Positions 25,146 through 39,085 of a stretch of 64,000 nt of DNA are shown in pieces. Where the stretch lies: the NCBI GenBank assembly GCA_000320545.1, contig ADNK01002058.1:174244-238243 (forward strand), read 5' to 3'. Every line of letters begins with the position of its first letter. Positions within the stretch are counted from its first letter, which is position 1. Source of the stretch: Bigelowiella natans CCMP2755 (taxonomy: Eukaryota; Protista; Cercozoa). A model generated the notes under the pieces. That model had not been told where the DNA came from, did no database searches, and worked only from the letters and a program-made list of their open reading frames with translations. Made by a program: the position numbers and the translations under genes.

Positions 25146-26334
25146 AGCAGCAGCTCTTAAGATCATTGTCGTAGTATTGTCAATACCAGAATAACTTCTC
25201 ATTTTCTTTGCTAGACTGGATTCTCTTGGTCTTCTCCTCTTCGTGATACTACTTTCTCCTTGTGCTGATGCTAGTGGTGATGCTGTGGATAATGATGACA
25301 CCATCCTTCGTCCTCTTTTTATTGCATTGTTCCCGGAGGATGATGATGATGATGATGCTGACGACAACGATGATGATGGGTGATACCTTCTGGTTCGTTG
25401 CACACATTGACTTGTTCTTTCCGTATTGTTGTTCTTTAACCCTCCGATGATTCTACGTTCTTTGCCCTCCTCCTTAGCTCCTCCTCCTCCTCCTCTTCGT
25501 CGTCGTCGTCCTCCTTTTCCATTCAAGCTTCTACTAATATTATCCTTCTTCATTGCCATCTCGGAAGCAAGTGCAAGAGACAGCAGCATAGATGTAGCAT
25601 CTCTTTCATCAATACTAGAAGAACAACTCATCGTCGTTGTCGTTCCACCACCAGTAGCAGTAGTAGCAGCAGCAGCATTTGGAGGGGGAGGCGTTGGTGA
25701 GGATGAATAGGAGGAAGAGAAGGAGGAGTTACTAGTAGCTGTTGTAGCAGCAATAGGGTTAGTTGTTGTGGTACTGGTACAAGATAAGGATGATGATCTT
25801 GCTTGATGGTCTCTTGATGATGATGATGATGATGATGATGATGACTTCTTCTTCCTCTTGCTTTTTTTCCTTTTTTTAACACTGTTTCTTACTACAAGAG
25901 GGTCAGCAATAGCAGCAGCTGTGGGGGCATCATCATTTCTGTTATGGCTATGGTTTAATCCAAGAAGACGATGATGATGATGATGATAGTTGGTCCTGCT
26001 AGTACCATTGTTCTTAAAAGATGAACTCTCATCGATACCCCCCACACGCTCTTGATCGTATAAGTGTGATGGAGGCAGTTGTCGCCTCTGGTGAAAGGAA
26101 GATGCAGATACTTCTGCTGCTGCTGCAAGTGGTGCAGCAAGATGTTGTTGTTGCTGCTGCTGTCGGTCCTTCATTGATATGATACAGGCTGCTGATTCAT
26201 GATCTTTTATCAGCGCAGGTGGTAGTATATCATTGGGAGGAGGAGGTTTTTGCAGGACAATCCCCCCCCCCAACATTTTACTACGGCTGCTATAACCCCT
26301 TGGATCATCATCGTGAGGATAGTGATACTGCTCA

Positions 26335-26368
<34 letters not shown>

Positions 26369-27638
26369 GTAAATTATTTAAGGGACGGATACCAGGCAAA
26401 ACATCATCTTCCATTGGAACAGAGTAGTAGTTTTGATGGTGTTGTCTTTGACCTTCAGAGGAGGGTGGCAGTAGCAGTGAATAGTGATGATTCTTCCGAT
26501 GTTGGTGGTGCTGATGCTGCTGAAAATTAGATTTACCACTATTGGGAACATGATGGTGCTGAGGAGGATAAGGATCAAGATTTAAGAGCTGCTGCTGCTT
26601 CTGTTCATGATGATGTCCTTGCTGAGCGTGTGGTGTTCCTGTTGTTGTAGTTATCCCCGTCGTCGTCGTCGTCGTCGTTGTCATCATATTGTAAGGAGTC
26701 ACAATGTTTTTCGGTGCAACTGGCATTATTCTCATCTCATCCCCTACTAACACCGCCGGTTCTGCTGCTGTCAATAGAGCTATCCTACGATCTTCCTGGC
26801 TCATTCTCGAAGCTGCTTTGGATTCTGTCATCTTCGCACCAGAACAACTCCCAGGCCTCTCCATCGTTATCCTCTTCCTTTTGTTGTTCCTCTGAGATTT
26901 TAGTTCCTGAGGCGATGATATCTTTTCTTGTCTCATCAGCATTTCATTGGAGGAGGAGGAGGATGAGGATGAGGGGGGGGGGAGTTGGTGATTGCAATGT
27001 ACCATATGACGAAGACGTTGCTGCTGATGAGACTGATTCGTGGAAGAAGAGATTCTTCCATCAACGCCATTAACATATTGCTCGCCATTCATCACATGAC
27101 CGGTGCCACCACCGTTTTTGCTTCTGTGGCTGTTGCTACTTTCGCTTATATTACTTCCATGGATAATAACGGTTCCAACGCTCCTTTCACTGCTTCTCTC
27201 ACCATCATTTTTTAATCTCCCTTTCAATGACTTCGCTGCTGTAACCCTTGGTGAGTGTTCCTCCCCATTCTGTCGAAAAGCAGATTTAGACGAAAAAACA
27301 CCAACAGTAGCCGTTGTAGCAGAAGAATGCTCTCTATTCCTCATGTAGTTGACAGTTCCTGCAAATGCTTCTTCGTGTTTTACATGAGAATTATTCGTAG
27401 GGCTAAATAGACGAGATTCTCCTCTCCCATCGCTACTGCGTCTATTATTATTACTATTATTACTCCCACGACGTACATGGTCTGTAGTATTTCCCTGCAG
27501 ACAATACTTGGTTGCTGTCATTAAAGCAGCAGCAGCTGTCAACTTTGCTTGGGGGGGAAGAGGTGGTGGCTGTAGTGAGGTTATTCCCTGACCACCTTGC
27601 TGCTGCTGCTTTTGGGTACTACTTGGCAAACGGATTGC

Positions 27639-27680
<42 letters not shown>

Positions 27681-28031
27681 ATCATTGCTGCTGCTGTGGC
27701 TGCTAATCCTTTCATTCCCAATGATACTGGGCTGTCTCTGCTGCCATTGGTGCTCTTGTTGTTGCTGTAAAGTTGTCTGTGACTCTTGATGGTTCGTCGT
27801 CGACTTCTGTAAATGATAAGGCGGTTGCTTTGCTGAGCTAGTTATTGCATTCCGAGATAACGACGAGGAGGACGAGGAGGAACCCCACCAATGATGACCC
27901 CGAGCTACATCAAGTGGACGCTGAGCTGCTTGATGGTGATGACCGCGATGATGATGATGATGATGATGATGAAATTCTTGTGGTTTAGCAGCGGCATAGT
28001 TGTATACTACACGCTGGTAACTGGGCTCCAT
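22812..28031 (-). CDS. C2H2 zinc-finger transcription factor (4 C-terminal fingers, about 1230 aa low-complexity N-terminus), 4 exons
   Basis: Exons 28031-24321, 23800-23739, 23417-23156 and 22853-22812 give FKCDQPGC..LKRHMKKHTGERPHACPYNCGK..HTGERPYICKFPGCGK..HMGQRPYHCKYC..VVKHVAKMH. Confidence 0.9.
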
Positions 28032-28601
28032 CAAGAGTAATGAGAATTTAGTAGTCGTACCGCTACTTACTGTTGCTTCTAACCCTAATTGTGATTTCTC
28101 GCACTGTTAAGTTCAATCTTTCTTTCCATCTGATACTTTCTTTCTTTTTTTCCCAAAAATCATGTATCTGTCATCCAAAGCTAGACTGACACGGCTCTCC
28201 TGAAGTCCTTATCTTCAAGGAAAGAAAATAAAAAGTATAAGTTAAACAAGAAACATTGAGATTTCGATTGATGAAAAATATTTAGTCCAACCCTGTGCTC
28301 CTCCCTTGCTGTTAAATTTTATCTTTCTCAGTCAGTTAGTGGGAGGCCTTCGTTCTTCACCACTTCTCTCGCTGGCAACGAGAAGCAGTGAATCATGGTA
28401 CTACGACCTTTTCTGCACAATTGTCTTTGTGTGATCATGTTGAAAAGACCGAATAATTACTACCTGCGACAACGATAGAATCGCCTTTTACTGCAAAAAT
28501 CAGCGGTGATCGAAGAAAGAGAAGTTGTGTAAACTGGTGCAGTGTGAGCAAGAGAATAAGAGAGAGAAATAATAGAAAGAGAGAGAGAAATTTGAAGAGT
28601 A

Positions 28602-28636
<35 letters not shown>

Positions 28637-28684
28637 GAGAGAGAGAGATATGGAGACCAAATCCTCGATCCACACACGATTGCA

Positions 28685-28731
28685 GGATTTCCTGGATTTC
28701 CTTGAATTTCCAAGGATTTCCTAGGATTTCC
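28685..28731. repeat. Five tandem GGATTTCC-like units (9-10 bp period) in a divergent promoter region
   Basis: ggatttcc-t-ggatttcc-tt-gaatttcc-aa-ggatttcc-ta-ggatttcc. Confidence 0.7.
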
Positions 28732-28772
28732 ATCCCTTTTGCAAACCTGTCAGATGAAAATCTGAGAAACTC

Positions 28773-28816
<44 letters not shown>

Positions 28817-29380
28817 GGGGAGTTGATGAAGTGGAGAAAGAATAAGAGACATAAGAGAAACAACATCGTGAACCAGGGATCGATTAAGCGAGAAGAGACA
28901 AACACCACCACGTGGCGATTAGTGGTGAAGCGCTATTGACAGCTGCTCTATGGCCCTTTTCTCTTCTGGGTAGTTACATCAGGCCGATTCTCGTGGATAA
29001 TAATTTCCGATTTCGAACTTCTATCATGAATATGCTGGTCATGTTTGGCTGATTTCATGCACATTTCGGACAATTTTTTGGTAAATCATCGAAAACCGAG
29101 CAAAAATGTCGATATCTGTAAATTCGAGTAATCTTCGCCACCTCCACCATCATCACAAGAAATTTGCAGCCTATTTCTGCTATATTTGTCGTTGTTGTCC
29201 TGGTTGTTGTTCACACAGCTTTTCTTGTTGTTCTCTCTTGTTCTCGTTGTTTGTTGTTGTTCCTCCTCCTCCTCCTCCTCCTCTTCTCCTAGTTTTATTT
29301 CTTTTGTTATCTCCTTCTCCAGATATCTCTCCGAGACTCTTGTTCCTCCTCCTCCTCCTCCTCCTCCTCCTCCTTCCTCC

Positions 29381-29482
29381 TCTCGGAATGCAATAACTAG
29401 CTCAGCAAAGCAACCGCCTTATCATTTACAGAAGTCGATGACGAGTCATCAAGAGTCACAGACAACTTTACAGCAACAACAA
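29381..29482 (+). repeat. 102-bp inverted duplicate of C2H2 gene coding sequence (27756-27857)
   Basis: Reads SRNAITSSAKQPPYHLQKS(M/T)T(S/N)HQESQTTLQQQQ in both places, 3 mismatches by eye. Confidence 0.9.
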
Positions 29483-29605
29483 TAGCCATGGGACAATAAA
29501 TTGGACGGGTGAGTCTTCCTCCTCCTCCTTCTCCTGGTTGTTCCGACGTGCAGCCCTGGCTTCTTTCAACCCATGTGAAATGATGATGATAATTCAAAAT
29601 AGATA

Positions 29606-30871
29606 ATGGAGGAACAGCAGCCGATAACACGAGACAAACTTGGTGTGCGTGTCGTATGTGTGAGTGATACACATGGGAGACATGCCGATATCAAAGTTCC
29701 AGACGGAGACATTCTAGTACGTAATAGAACGACAACAACTGTGTTGTAAAATGCATTTTGACGAAGAGTTTTCCTTGAGGCACTGCTCTGTTTCTCTTCG
29801 TGCTACATCTGCTATTCCATTTCGACATCAGATACATGCTGGAGACTTTACACATTTTGGGAAGAAAAAGGATGTAATTGCCGTCAATGAGTGGCTAGGT
29901 AGTTTAAATGAAGTTTCTAACTCATTCTTGTTTATATATTAACTTCTATTGATGATATCTCCCCAATAAATATCATTAAATATCTACAGGAACTCTTCCA
30001 CACAAGCATAAGATTGTTGTAAATGGCAATCACGAGAAAAATGCGGAATGGAAAAAGGACACGGCTAAGCTTCTTTCCAATTGCAGGTTACTACCTTGGG
30101 AAACGAAAGATATTTGTTGTTATATTTTGGTTGAACAGTCGCAAATGGAGAACAAACTCTACTATTATGAGTGGTGTTGTATTTCCTTCAACGACCATCT
30201 TCTCCCTACTTCTTATCGCTTCATTTTGTTAGTTTCTTCCTTAAGGATTCTATGGTGACGGTGAAAGTGGATATACTACAGACTGAAGCAAAGGATGATC
30301 TGTCATCCATAAATCTCCTTAAAGTGTGCAACACAATAGTCATGAATACAGGAATAAACAAAAATAGAAATAGTTCTCTGAGGGGATGCATGATTGATTA
30401 TAAACGACGTTTACAGATGTGTCATTACCACGTCAGGAACATTGAGTCTCAATACTTGATTATTTTTGATAATTGTTCAACTGTTATCATTCAAGGAGGG
30501 GCAACACAGCAGTGACAAAGAAGGAAGTGATAAAAATAATCTTGGCGAGAACACGACGTCTGCTTCAACAAATAAGATGAAAACAAAAGTTGTATACGTT
30601 GGAATCTATGGGTCGATCGATAGGATAGGAACCAATAGAGAAGGAGGACGGGAAAACGTACATGTTAATCATCATGATGATCATGATGATTTTGATGATG
30701 ATGATGATCAACTAAAATTCGAGTGTACACTCACGATTAATATTTGAAATGTATTATAGTAGTAGCAAAACTTATATCTTCCCAAGGTGGAAGCGTAAAG
30801 TGTGCCCCCCCCCCCCCCCCTCCCCCCCCCCCCCCTTTCTCTATGTCTATGTCTATCTGCGACAACTATTA

Positions 30872-30907
<36 letters not shown>

Positions 30908-31116
30908 TTTCAGCACCGATTTCTTTTGGCCTTGTCCCAGTGGTAACCCGTACTATGATATGATACCGTCTAAATCGAAAGGATCAGCAGTGGCAGCAGT
31001 TGATATACTCGTAGCACATGGACCTGCGAAGGGGTAGTAGTGGCTATTATAGCTTTTCCCTTCCTTACCCTTACAACAACGACGACGACGACGATTACCA
31101 TGGAATGATCATTAGA

Positions 31117-31148
<32 letters not shown>

Positions 31149-32083
31149 TGTATGGGAGGAGGAGAAGGATACGTTCGTTTGGGAGGGTAGCAAGTGGCAG
31201 TAGACTATTGTTAAAGTGATGGGAATGGAAGGATTGAAGGGACAATGCAGTGGTAGGTAGGTAGGTAGGTAGGTAGCAGTAGTGTCACAATGTGCTGCTG
31301 CTCCATAGTTCTTCCCCCTCTCCTTACAATATTGCATTTCACTACATTTCTTTTATTGATGATCCCAACCACAACAACAACAACAGTTATGTAGATGATA
31401 AACACGGCTGCCCGTCCCTACTAAAAGCTGTAGAACGTGTTCGTCCTCGAGTGTTGGTTGCAGGTGGTGGGATATGTATAAAATGATGTGTTTGTGTGTG
31501 CGTGTATACAATTAGCAAACAAGCGAATGATCTGATCATCATGGTATTTATTTGATTTTGCTGTAGTACTACTATTCAAATTATTATGAGAGAATTACTA
31601 GTGAGGAACGTGTGCAACAACATATTGTCAATTTATTAAGGTCATATTCATTCTGCACACGGTGTTGCTCAAGGTATTTGTGTTCTTCTTCGCTCTCTAT
31701 TCTTCAACATGTTGTTGTTTATGTTATGTTGCAAAAATCTTAATGATGTCAAATATCTGACCAGAAACAAATTCCACAATGTTCTAAGACTTCTCGTTGA
31801 TATGTCCACACATAGGAACAGGAAAGTGCAGTTCAACGACTTTTGTAAACGCTGCAATTTGCAAAGGAGGGTACAAAGCAGGTATGTTGAATATTCATCA
31901 TTTCGAAATAAATGAAAGTTATTGATATTCAGTACATCATTTATTCAAAGTTTGTGTGAGTCGCCACATTAGTAGTTCTGCAAGTAATAAGAGTCATTCT
32001 GCGCACACATGCATAGCATTGTTGAAATGAAGGTTTTCATGTTTACGTACACAGGGTGGAAAGCAGTGGTTGTTGACATTTGA
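29606..32083 (+). CDS. Metallophosphoesterase, MPPED/239FB-like, multi-exon
   Basis: VVCVSDTHG, DIL|IHAGDFT, LPHKHKIVVNGNHE, DILVAHGP, GCPSLLKAVERVRPRVLVA|GHIHSAHG, TTFVNAAI, WKAVVVDI*. Confidence 0.88.
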
Positions 32084-33006
32084 ATGCACATGCACGCAGG
32101 TGTTGGCATTGACACCTGCCTCACTGAGAATATTATTTGGAAAATTGCATTTGGTCGCCCAAATGATACACAGACAGAATTCATTGAACATTATCGAGAT
32201 CCAAGCAGTTTTGTGTCTCTGGTTATTGTTGAGTACGAACATGCTGGCCGAAATAGAGTAGACAACGTTCATTATAATCATCATCAATGCATATGTGTCC
32301 GACGATTGCGAGCGATCGAGCTTGTGACGGCAATGAGGTATTGGTCATCATCATGCATACTAGTATAGTTGATTCGATACCAATGGCACAGCAGAGTCTA
32401 TCATCACAACGGACGTAACATGGAGACAATTGATCAAAAGACAACATAGTGACCGCCCCATGTACGTAGGAAGTGAACTAAGGTTTCATGTAGTCTGTGC
32501 TCGGACTAGATGAGACGGGTGTAATGAGCAAAGATGCAATTTATTCATTGCATCCATCTCATTTTGTCTGAGAGAGTGCGTGGCGTATGTGACGGTCTAG
32601 ACGGTGCTGCATACATGCATGTCTCAATGCTAGCACAGACGAGCCATGCGCGTATGTCTGTAGCCACCTGTACGTACGATGCACAAAACATTATAGAACA
32701 AAACGTACGTAGCACGCTCGACGCGTACGGATGATCGATGAACATGTGATGCAATGTGGCCAGTAGTAGATGTGCACATGCAGCATGCGACGCGCATGCA
32801 TGTACGCCGTCATACACGGCAAGCGCATCACTTGCAATGCGTACATTAGGATACGATGCAACAATCACAACTTTAATTTCATTTGTTTCGCCTGACAGTT
32901 GCACCATGGTGACTCGATCTTCGAAGTCGTAACAGTAGCATGCTGACACACAGTTGGAGTGCATGCAATGCAATTCCACCTCAAATCATAGTACGTTTTG
33001 TTTTAC

Positions 33007-33111
33007 TTATACAGTAAAATAAGGAGTCCCAGCATCGTCGTAGCCTCCCCGTTTTATAATCTCGACCCAATAACCTACATTATGAATGAAATTGTACAAT
33101 ATATGTAGGTG

Positions 33112-33148
<37 letters not shown>

Positions 33149-35848
33149 ATGTTTTTAGGGTTGAGTTGTGAATGTAGAAATTTCTGAATATTATCGATAG
33201 GAAAGTACCATCTGGATCCAGAGCAAAAGCAAGGCCTCTGTGGTGCGGAGTGAGAATTATTAACGGCAGCAGGAAAATCAAATAGAAAGTGGACAAATAG
33301 CCATCATCCCAACAAATCATAAATTATAGATCTTCAAATCTTAGAGATGAGCAAATCGTCTATCGTTTCGCAACAATTTATCTTAGTACGAAAGAGAAAG
33401 AAAATACTTCATCCTTCCGCCGTCGGGTGCCTTTTGCATCTTGTAACCCTTTTATTAGTTAGATGGGATTAATCAACACAGCAGCAGCACAGAAGGGATC
33501 AGCATGGATCTTAAGATGATGATAAGGAGGCAAGCAGCACTACTATGTGCAATCAATCATCACGAAATATGATAGCTTGGTTGAGAGGGATAACGAAGAA
33601 GATTGTAGAATAGTTTACATCCTCCTACTCCTTATAATCAACAGTCCGATGATGCTATAATGGTCATTATAACAATCATCATCAATATCCTTGATAAAGA
33701 AACACAGATCATCATGTGGCATGTAGTACTAAGAAACTACGCACTACCGCCTCCTCAAGCTCTTTGCACTTTACATAGACGTCATCGACCAGAAAACCGA
33801 TGTGGCCAAATCCTTTCTTGTTCTCCCCATCATCATTACCATTCTTATACCAGAACCCTTCATCATTTTCCGTACCGTGGTTATGCGTCTGAGAAATCAA
33901 CCAATAACAACATAAACACACACACACATACACATAGAGAAGGGGAGAGAGAGAGAGAAAAAGGGGGGGGTGGGGGGGGGGGGGGGGGCATAATTGACAA
34001 TGTCAATGGCGATGACCACCCTTTCGGAGTAGTCACACATTGCATCATCATCATCATCATCATCATCATCGTCGTCGTCGTCGTCGTCGTTATCTCCCCG
34101 TACGTGCGTAGAATAATGTTGGTATTTTCTATTGGATGTCACCACCAGCTCAAGTACAGGCTTTCCAGGATCTTTATCAGTCTCTCCCTCACCTACCATC
34201 TGAAGAAGAAGAAGAAGAAGAATAAGAAGAAGGAGGAGGAGTTTATATCTGGCAATCATCATCATCATCATCATCATCATCATTCGAGTTCGTCATATGA
34301 GAACGTATTGTGTAGAACTAAAAGCGTTTAATAGTTGTGAGTTGAACATCACATGTGTCTGCTGTCACACATCGAGTACTACTCACCGCTAGAAAGTAAA
34401 GTGAAAAGTCATCGAAATGCTTCTCCCGCACCAAAGTCATTCCTATTATGCCATAACATTAGTTTGCCGGCATATTATCGTAAATAATGAAATGATTCAA
34501 GTTCTTCACACGGGAGGAGATTCCTGAATAACACTAATCTCGTATAATACCCATACGTACATACATGGAGAGAAAATGGATCATATCGAAGAAATAATAA
34601 CTCCGTATTTAGTCTATCAAAATAAAGAAAGTATTCTCCTTTATAATGTCATATAGCTGTTATCATTGTACGTTAAAAATAGCAATAATGAAATTATTGT
34701 TATTTTATTGATTTAGAACAACCCATAAATTTAGTGTAGAAGTCTAGGCTCTTCTTAGCGTCTTTAACCCTTAACATTGTCTTGTATCCACCCGTTAATA
34801 GTAGTAGTAGTAGTAGCAGTAGTAGTAGTTATTGTTGGTGTTGTATCCACCCATTTTTAGTAGTAGTAGCTAGTAGTAGTAGTAGTAGTAGTTGTTGTTG
34901 TTGTTGTAGCAGCAGTAGTAGCGATAGCAGTAGCAGTAGTGTATTGTGATGAAACAAGAAGGAAACAAGGAAGGAAGGAAAGAAAAAGCCATGGTGTAAA
35001 AAAGAGTATTGAACCTTGATGAGGAAAGGGAAGATTTATGTTAACTGTAGTACCAATATGACAATGCTCTATGCTCTCCTCTCTCTCCCTCTCTCTCTTT
35101 CTCTCTCTTAAATGTGGTGGTGGTGGTGGTAAAAACAGTGTACATATAAATATATAGTAGTTGTTGTAGAGTAGCAGTGTACTTGAGCAAGAGTGAGCGC
35201 CTTATAGCCATTGGTTTCCAGAGGTTCTAAGTTCTTCACTATCTCCACCCAATACTTATCCTATGGTGATATATGATAAATGGTGATTATTATAACAATT
35301 ATAACTCCTTGATTCATCTCAAGAGCTATTGGTAAATTTGTGGGCAGATGTGAAGATGTGCTAGTTACTACTCACTTCGTCTGCGGAAATAGTAATGTTG
35401 GATGTATCGCTTTGCCATGTGAAGATGTGCTAGTTACTACTCACTTCGTCTGCGGAAATAGTAATGTTGGATGTATCGCTTTGCCACAAAATAGGGGGGA
35501 GGAGGAGGAGAAGGAATATGTGCTACTATAAAGAAGAATTCCAGCTATTACTCATAGTGCGGTTTGATGTCTCTGCAGTTGCGATTTAATAGGGTGATAC
35601 AACATCATCATCATTATCATCAACCACAACAAATCACCGGATCATATGCGAAAGCCAAGCCCTTCATCCTTCCTACATGCATACAAATCAGTTAATCAGT
35701 TGAGCAGGGAGGAGAAGGCAATATTGCAAGTAGTAGTAGTAGTAGTAGCAGTAGTAGTAGCAGTAGTATGATAACGAGGAAGCCACCACCACTACTCACA
35801 ACTGTCATCATCACTTCTGCGTCGTTTTGATAATAGAGAATGAAAGTG

Positions 35849-35884
<36 letters not shown>

Positions 35885-36122
35885 AACGTACTACCTTCAT
35901 CAGGCCTCTTTTTGAAACTTACAGAGTTTTCTACTTCAAGCTCATGGCAGGTCTAAGTAATAAGATGATGATGATGATGAAGAAGAAGGGGAAATACGAA
36001 TACAACGAAGGAGGAGGAGGAGGAATAATTCAGAAGCGAAGAAATAACGGGTATTACTGATGAGACTCCCTTTGTATTTCGAAACTAATCTGACTGCACT
36101 ATTACTACGACTACGACTACAT

Positions 36123-36156
<34 letters not shown>

Positions 36157-36238
36157 TACTACGACTACATCCAGTACTACTGCTGCTACTTGCTATGTCT
36201 TCAGTGTGTATTCGAGCTATTTTGCATCATCATCATCG

Positions 36239-36270
<32 letters not shown>

Positions 36271-36605
36271 TTTTGGTGCTACTACTACTTACTTTGTAGA
36301 CGTCGTCACACGCGAAAGCAATGTGTCCAAACCTTTTATTATTATTACAAGTAGAGTGATTGTCAATGTCGTACCGTCATCACACACGCACGCGCGCGCA
36401 CGCAGCGACAGACATGAAGAATCATTGTCAACCCGTCTCCAGGATCATTCCCAGGATGATAACACGGTGAGGGGTCATCTTCGGTCCCCCAATTGTGCGT
36501 CTGATAAGTTTAACAATAGTCAACCAAGCACTGCAAGATAACAATTTTCACATTGCCTACTCCTCCTACACTCTGCACGCTGCAATGTTTTATGTAGATA
36601 ACACG

Positions 36606-36646
<41 letters not shown>

Positions 36647-37521
36647 ACATGTTATTACTACGTACCAGTTCTAATGTGGTTCCTTCAAAAGACCACAAAT
36701 ACTTATGCGCCTATGGCGGTAAATGACGAAGAAGAACAATGTAAAGAAGAATAAATCTGAAATATATGAAATGAGTGATGATATAGTAATGATCTACTCA
36801 GCAAGTTGCTTATACTACTACTACTACTACTATTCTGTACCGCCAATGTGCCTGGCTCTGGAGAGGGTTCATTATCCTTCATTGTCGCGAGAAAATAGCT
36901 GAATGGTGGTGGTGATGATGATGAAGGTAATTTAGGAGCAGCAGTACCACCACTATGATGCTATAATACTAATATTTTATGAACATAGAGTCCCTCTCAT
37001 GAATCATAGCTCCATGCATGTTTCTCTTCTTACAGATCACTACTGCCTACCTACATACATACCTACCTGCATACCTACCTACCTATCTACTAGCACTAAT
37101 TCCATTTTTTATTACAGGGAAAACTTAGCATCTGGAAAGTCTATTTTATCGAGGAGTCTCATTCCGTAATTCTCTTGGTAGTAAGCAAGAGACTCTTTGG
37201 GATCTCGAATACGTAGCATCGTCTGGTGCCAACTGGGTCGAGAGCTTGCTGCTGCTGCTGCTGCTGCCAATCTGAATATACGTAATAATTGTGTGTGTGT
37301 GTGTTGTGTGCGATAAATATACGAGCGAGAGAGAGGAGGGGGCGGGGGGGGCTTGGGAGAAAGTGGGAATAATATATGTCGGACGCAATGTGTTACGTTC
37401 GACAGTTGGCTGTTCCTCCTGCTCCTCTCACACTGTTGTAGCCGACCCCCATCCCTCCTCCTCGCTTAAATGAAGACCGTCGTAAGAAAGAAGGGGAATA
37501 GCTCGACGTGTGAACACCCAT
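33007..37521 (-). CDS. GLO1: Lactoylglutathione lyase (glyoxalase I), fused two-domain type, many short exons
   Basis: Domain 1: HQTMLRIRDPKESL..FSL|YFLA..TTLEL|THNWGTE..GFGHIAF..FKKRPDEG|RMKGLAFAYDP|DKYWVEI. Domain 2: Q|TMLRVKDAKKSLDFY..FSLYFLA..VLEL|THNHGTE..GFGHIGF..GLAFALDPDG|YWVEII. The first exon is tentative. Confidence 0.9.
35348..35485. repeat. Perfect 69-bp tandem duplication inside a glyoxalase intron
   Basis: atgtgaagatgtgctagttactactcac..gtatcgctttgcc occurs twice head-to-tail. Confidence 0.9.
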
Positions 37522-38104
37522 CGATGCTCCACCACAACAGAGAGAGCGAAGAGAATAAATACCAAAATTATTTCAATTATCAATTATAATAATGATAGAA
37601 ATAGTGATAGCAATAAGAAATATAGTATGGATGTGCAAACTATATTATCAACATGATTCAAACGTTGTATGGAAGTGTAAAGCAGATCATCAGCATGATG
37701 ATAGTTGTAGTAGTAGGTAATACCATTACTCTGCTAGTTATTACCCCCATGTTTTTGAGGATGGAGAGGAGAAGAAAGAAATCGAAGCGTAGGGGAAAGT
37801 CCTATAGTAGGTGTGACGGCTGCAGCTACTATGAAGCAGAATAGCACCAGCAGCAGTAGAGACATAAGAGGACAACCTGTAAGGCAAACAGACGAGTACA
37901 ACAGGTAGGAGGAGGAGGAGGAGGACAGTGTTCTTTCCTTCCAAATTTCTTTTCATGCTTGATCACGCAATTTTAACCTACCTTGAGAAGTTGGTGCTCT
38001 CAGCCGTCGTAGGAGCATCGGTCGTCCAAGCATCATCGGAGAGGAGAGAGGATGATATGATGAGTACTGCTTATTAGGGTAGGGTAAATACGACCTCTGG
38101 TTGT

Positions 38105-39085
38105 TTGTTGCAGGTGTGTGGAGGAGAGTCTCCAGAGTCTGTCGTCGTCTGTGCAAAAAATACAGACAAGTACGTAAAATTCCGTAACAGAAAAACGCCA
38201 ATGAAATCTCTGCGCCGACATGAATTCCTAGATATCCCGACAAGGAATTCCGCGAAGGTGTTTAAAGATATCATCTCCAATTTCAGGTTAAATCTGTCGA
38301 ATGTCGACTCACGTCTGTCTAACTGTGTAGACTGTGATCTCAAAACAACAGGAAGGACAATGATGAATGATGTCTGTGTCAGAATTTTTGGGAAAAGATG
38401 ATTGGACAGTGAGTGTTCAGGATGGTGGAACTTACTTGGTTTCTGGGAATCAAACGAATGACAAAGACAAGAATGTGAGCGAGAAAGTGAAGCAACTGGA
38501 AAACTGTCTGAAGTGTTGGAAAGGAACTTTGGAGCACGAATTGAAGAAGCGAGAGGAAGACGTGTCTTCACAGGACGCAGTGTTCACTCCTTCCGAAAGT
38601 GTGGGGACAAAGCAACTCTGGTTGCCAAATGTGAGACTCGATTGAAGACACTGGAGAATGAAAATGAAGATGGAGACAGCGATGAAGGGGAGGACAACGA
38701 AGGGTTGGATGATGAGTGCGAAGAGTGAGACACAATCCGTGACATCATGACCCAGCGAAACATTTTGGGAAAGCATCGCAAGAAAATCAAAGAAATTTCC
38801 GACATGTTGGAAGGGAAGATTGTTCGTAGCAAATTGAGGGATGCTCGGGAAATCATGAATGGCCAGAAGAGTTTGGAAGTCGCTTGCAAACTGAAGATGG
38901 AGCACTGTGCTTTCAAGCGTGAGGAAACAAAATTCGTGCTAAAATGCAAATTCAACGATGGGAAAATCGCACAGTGTGCTTTGGAACGTGCATGCTTCTC
39001 GTGCACGTGTGCTGATGAACGTGTGTGTGTGTCACAACAACTAGCACGTGTGCACCGACCACTCTGCAAGACGAGACTCCTGTGA
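38105..39085 (+). pseudogene. Frameshifted, apparently intronless ORF remnant of unknown (possibly viral or mobile) origin
   Basis: Four successive protein-like fragments in different frames (38105-38401, 38367-38645, 38513-38728, 38747-39085). K/E-rich; the 3' part has no Tyr and excess Cys/His. Confidence 0.6.

Noticed and set aside
24287-27706. Plus-strand ORFs with poly-C/M/V/L runs
   Set aside because: Antisense shadows of trinucleotide repeats in the C2H2 exon.
35348-35485. Intronic snoRNA or miRNA pair
   Set aside because: No convincing C/D or H/ACA boxes, only a short ttacta/tagtaa stem. A simple recent duplication or assembly artefact suffices.
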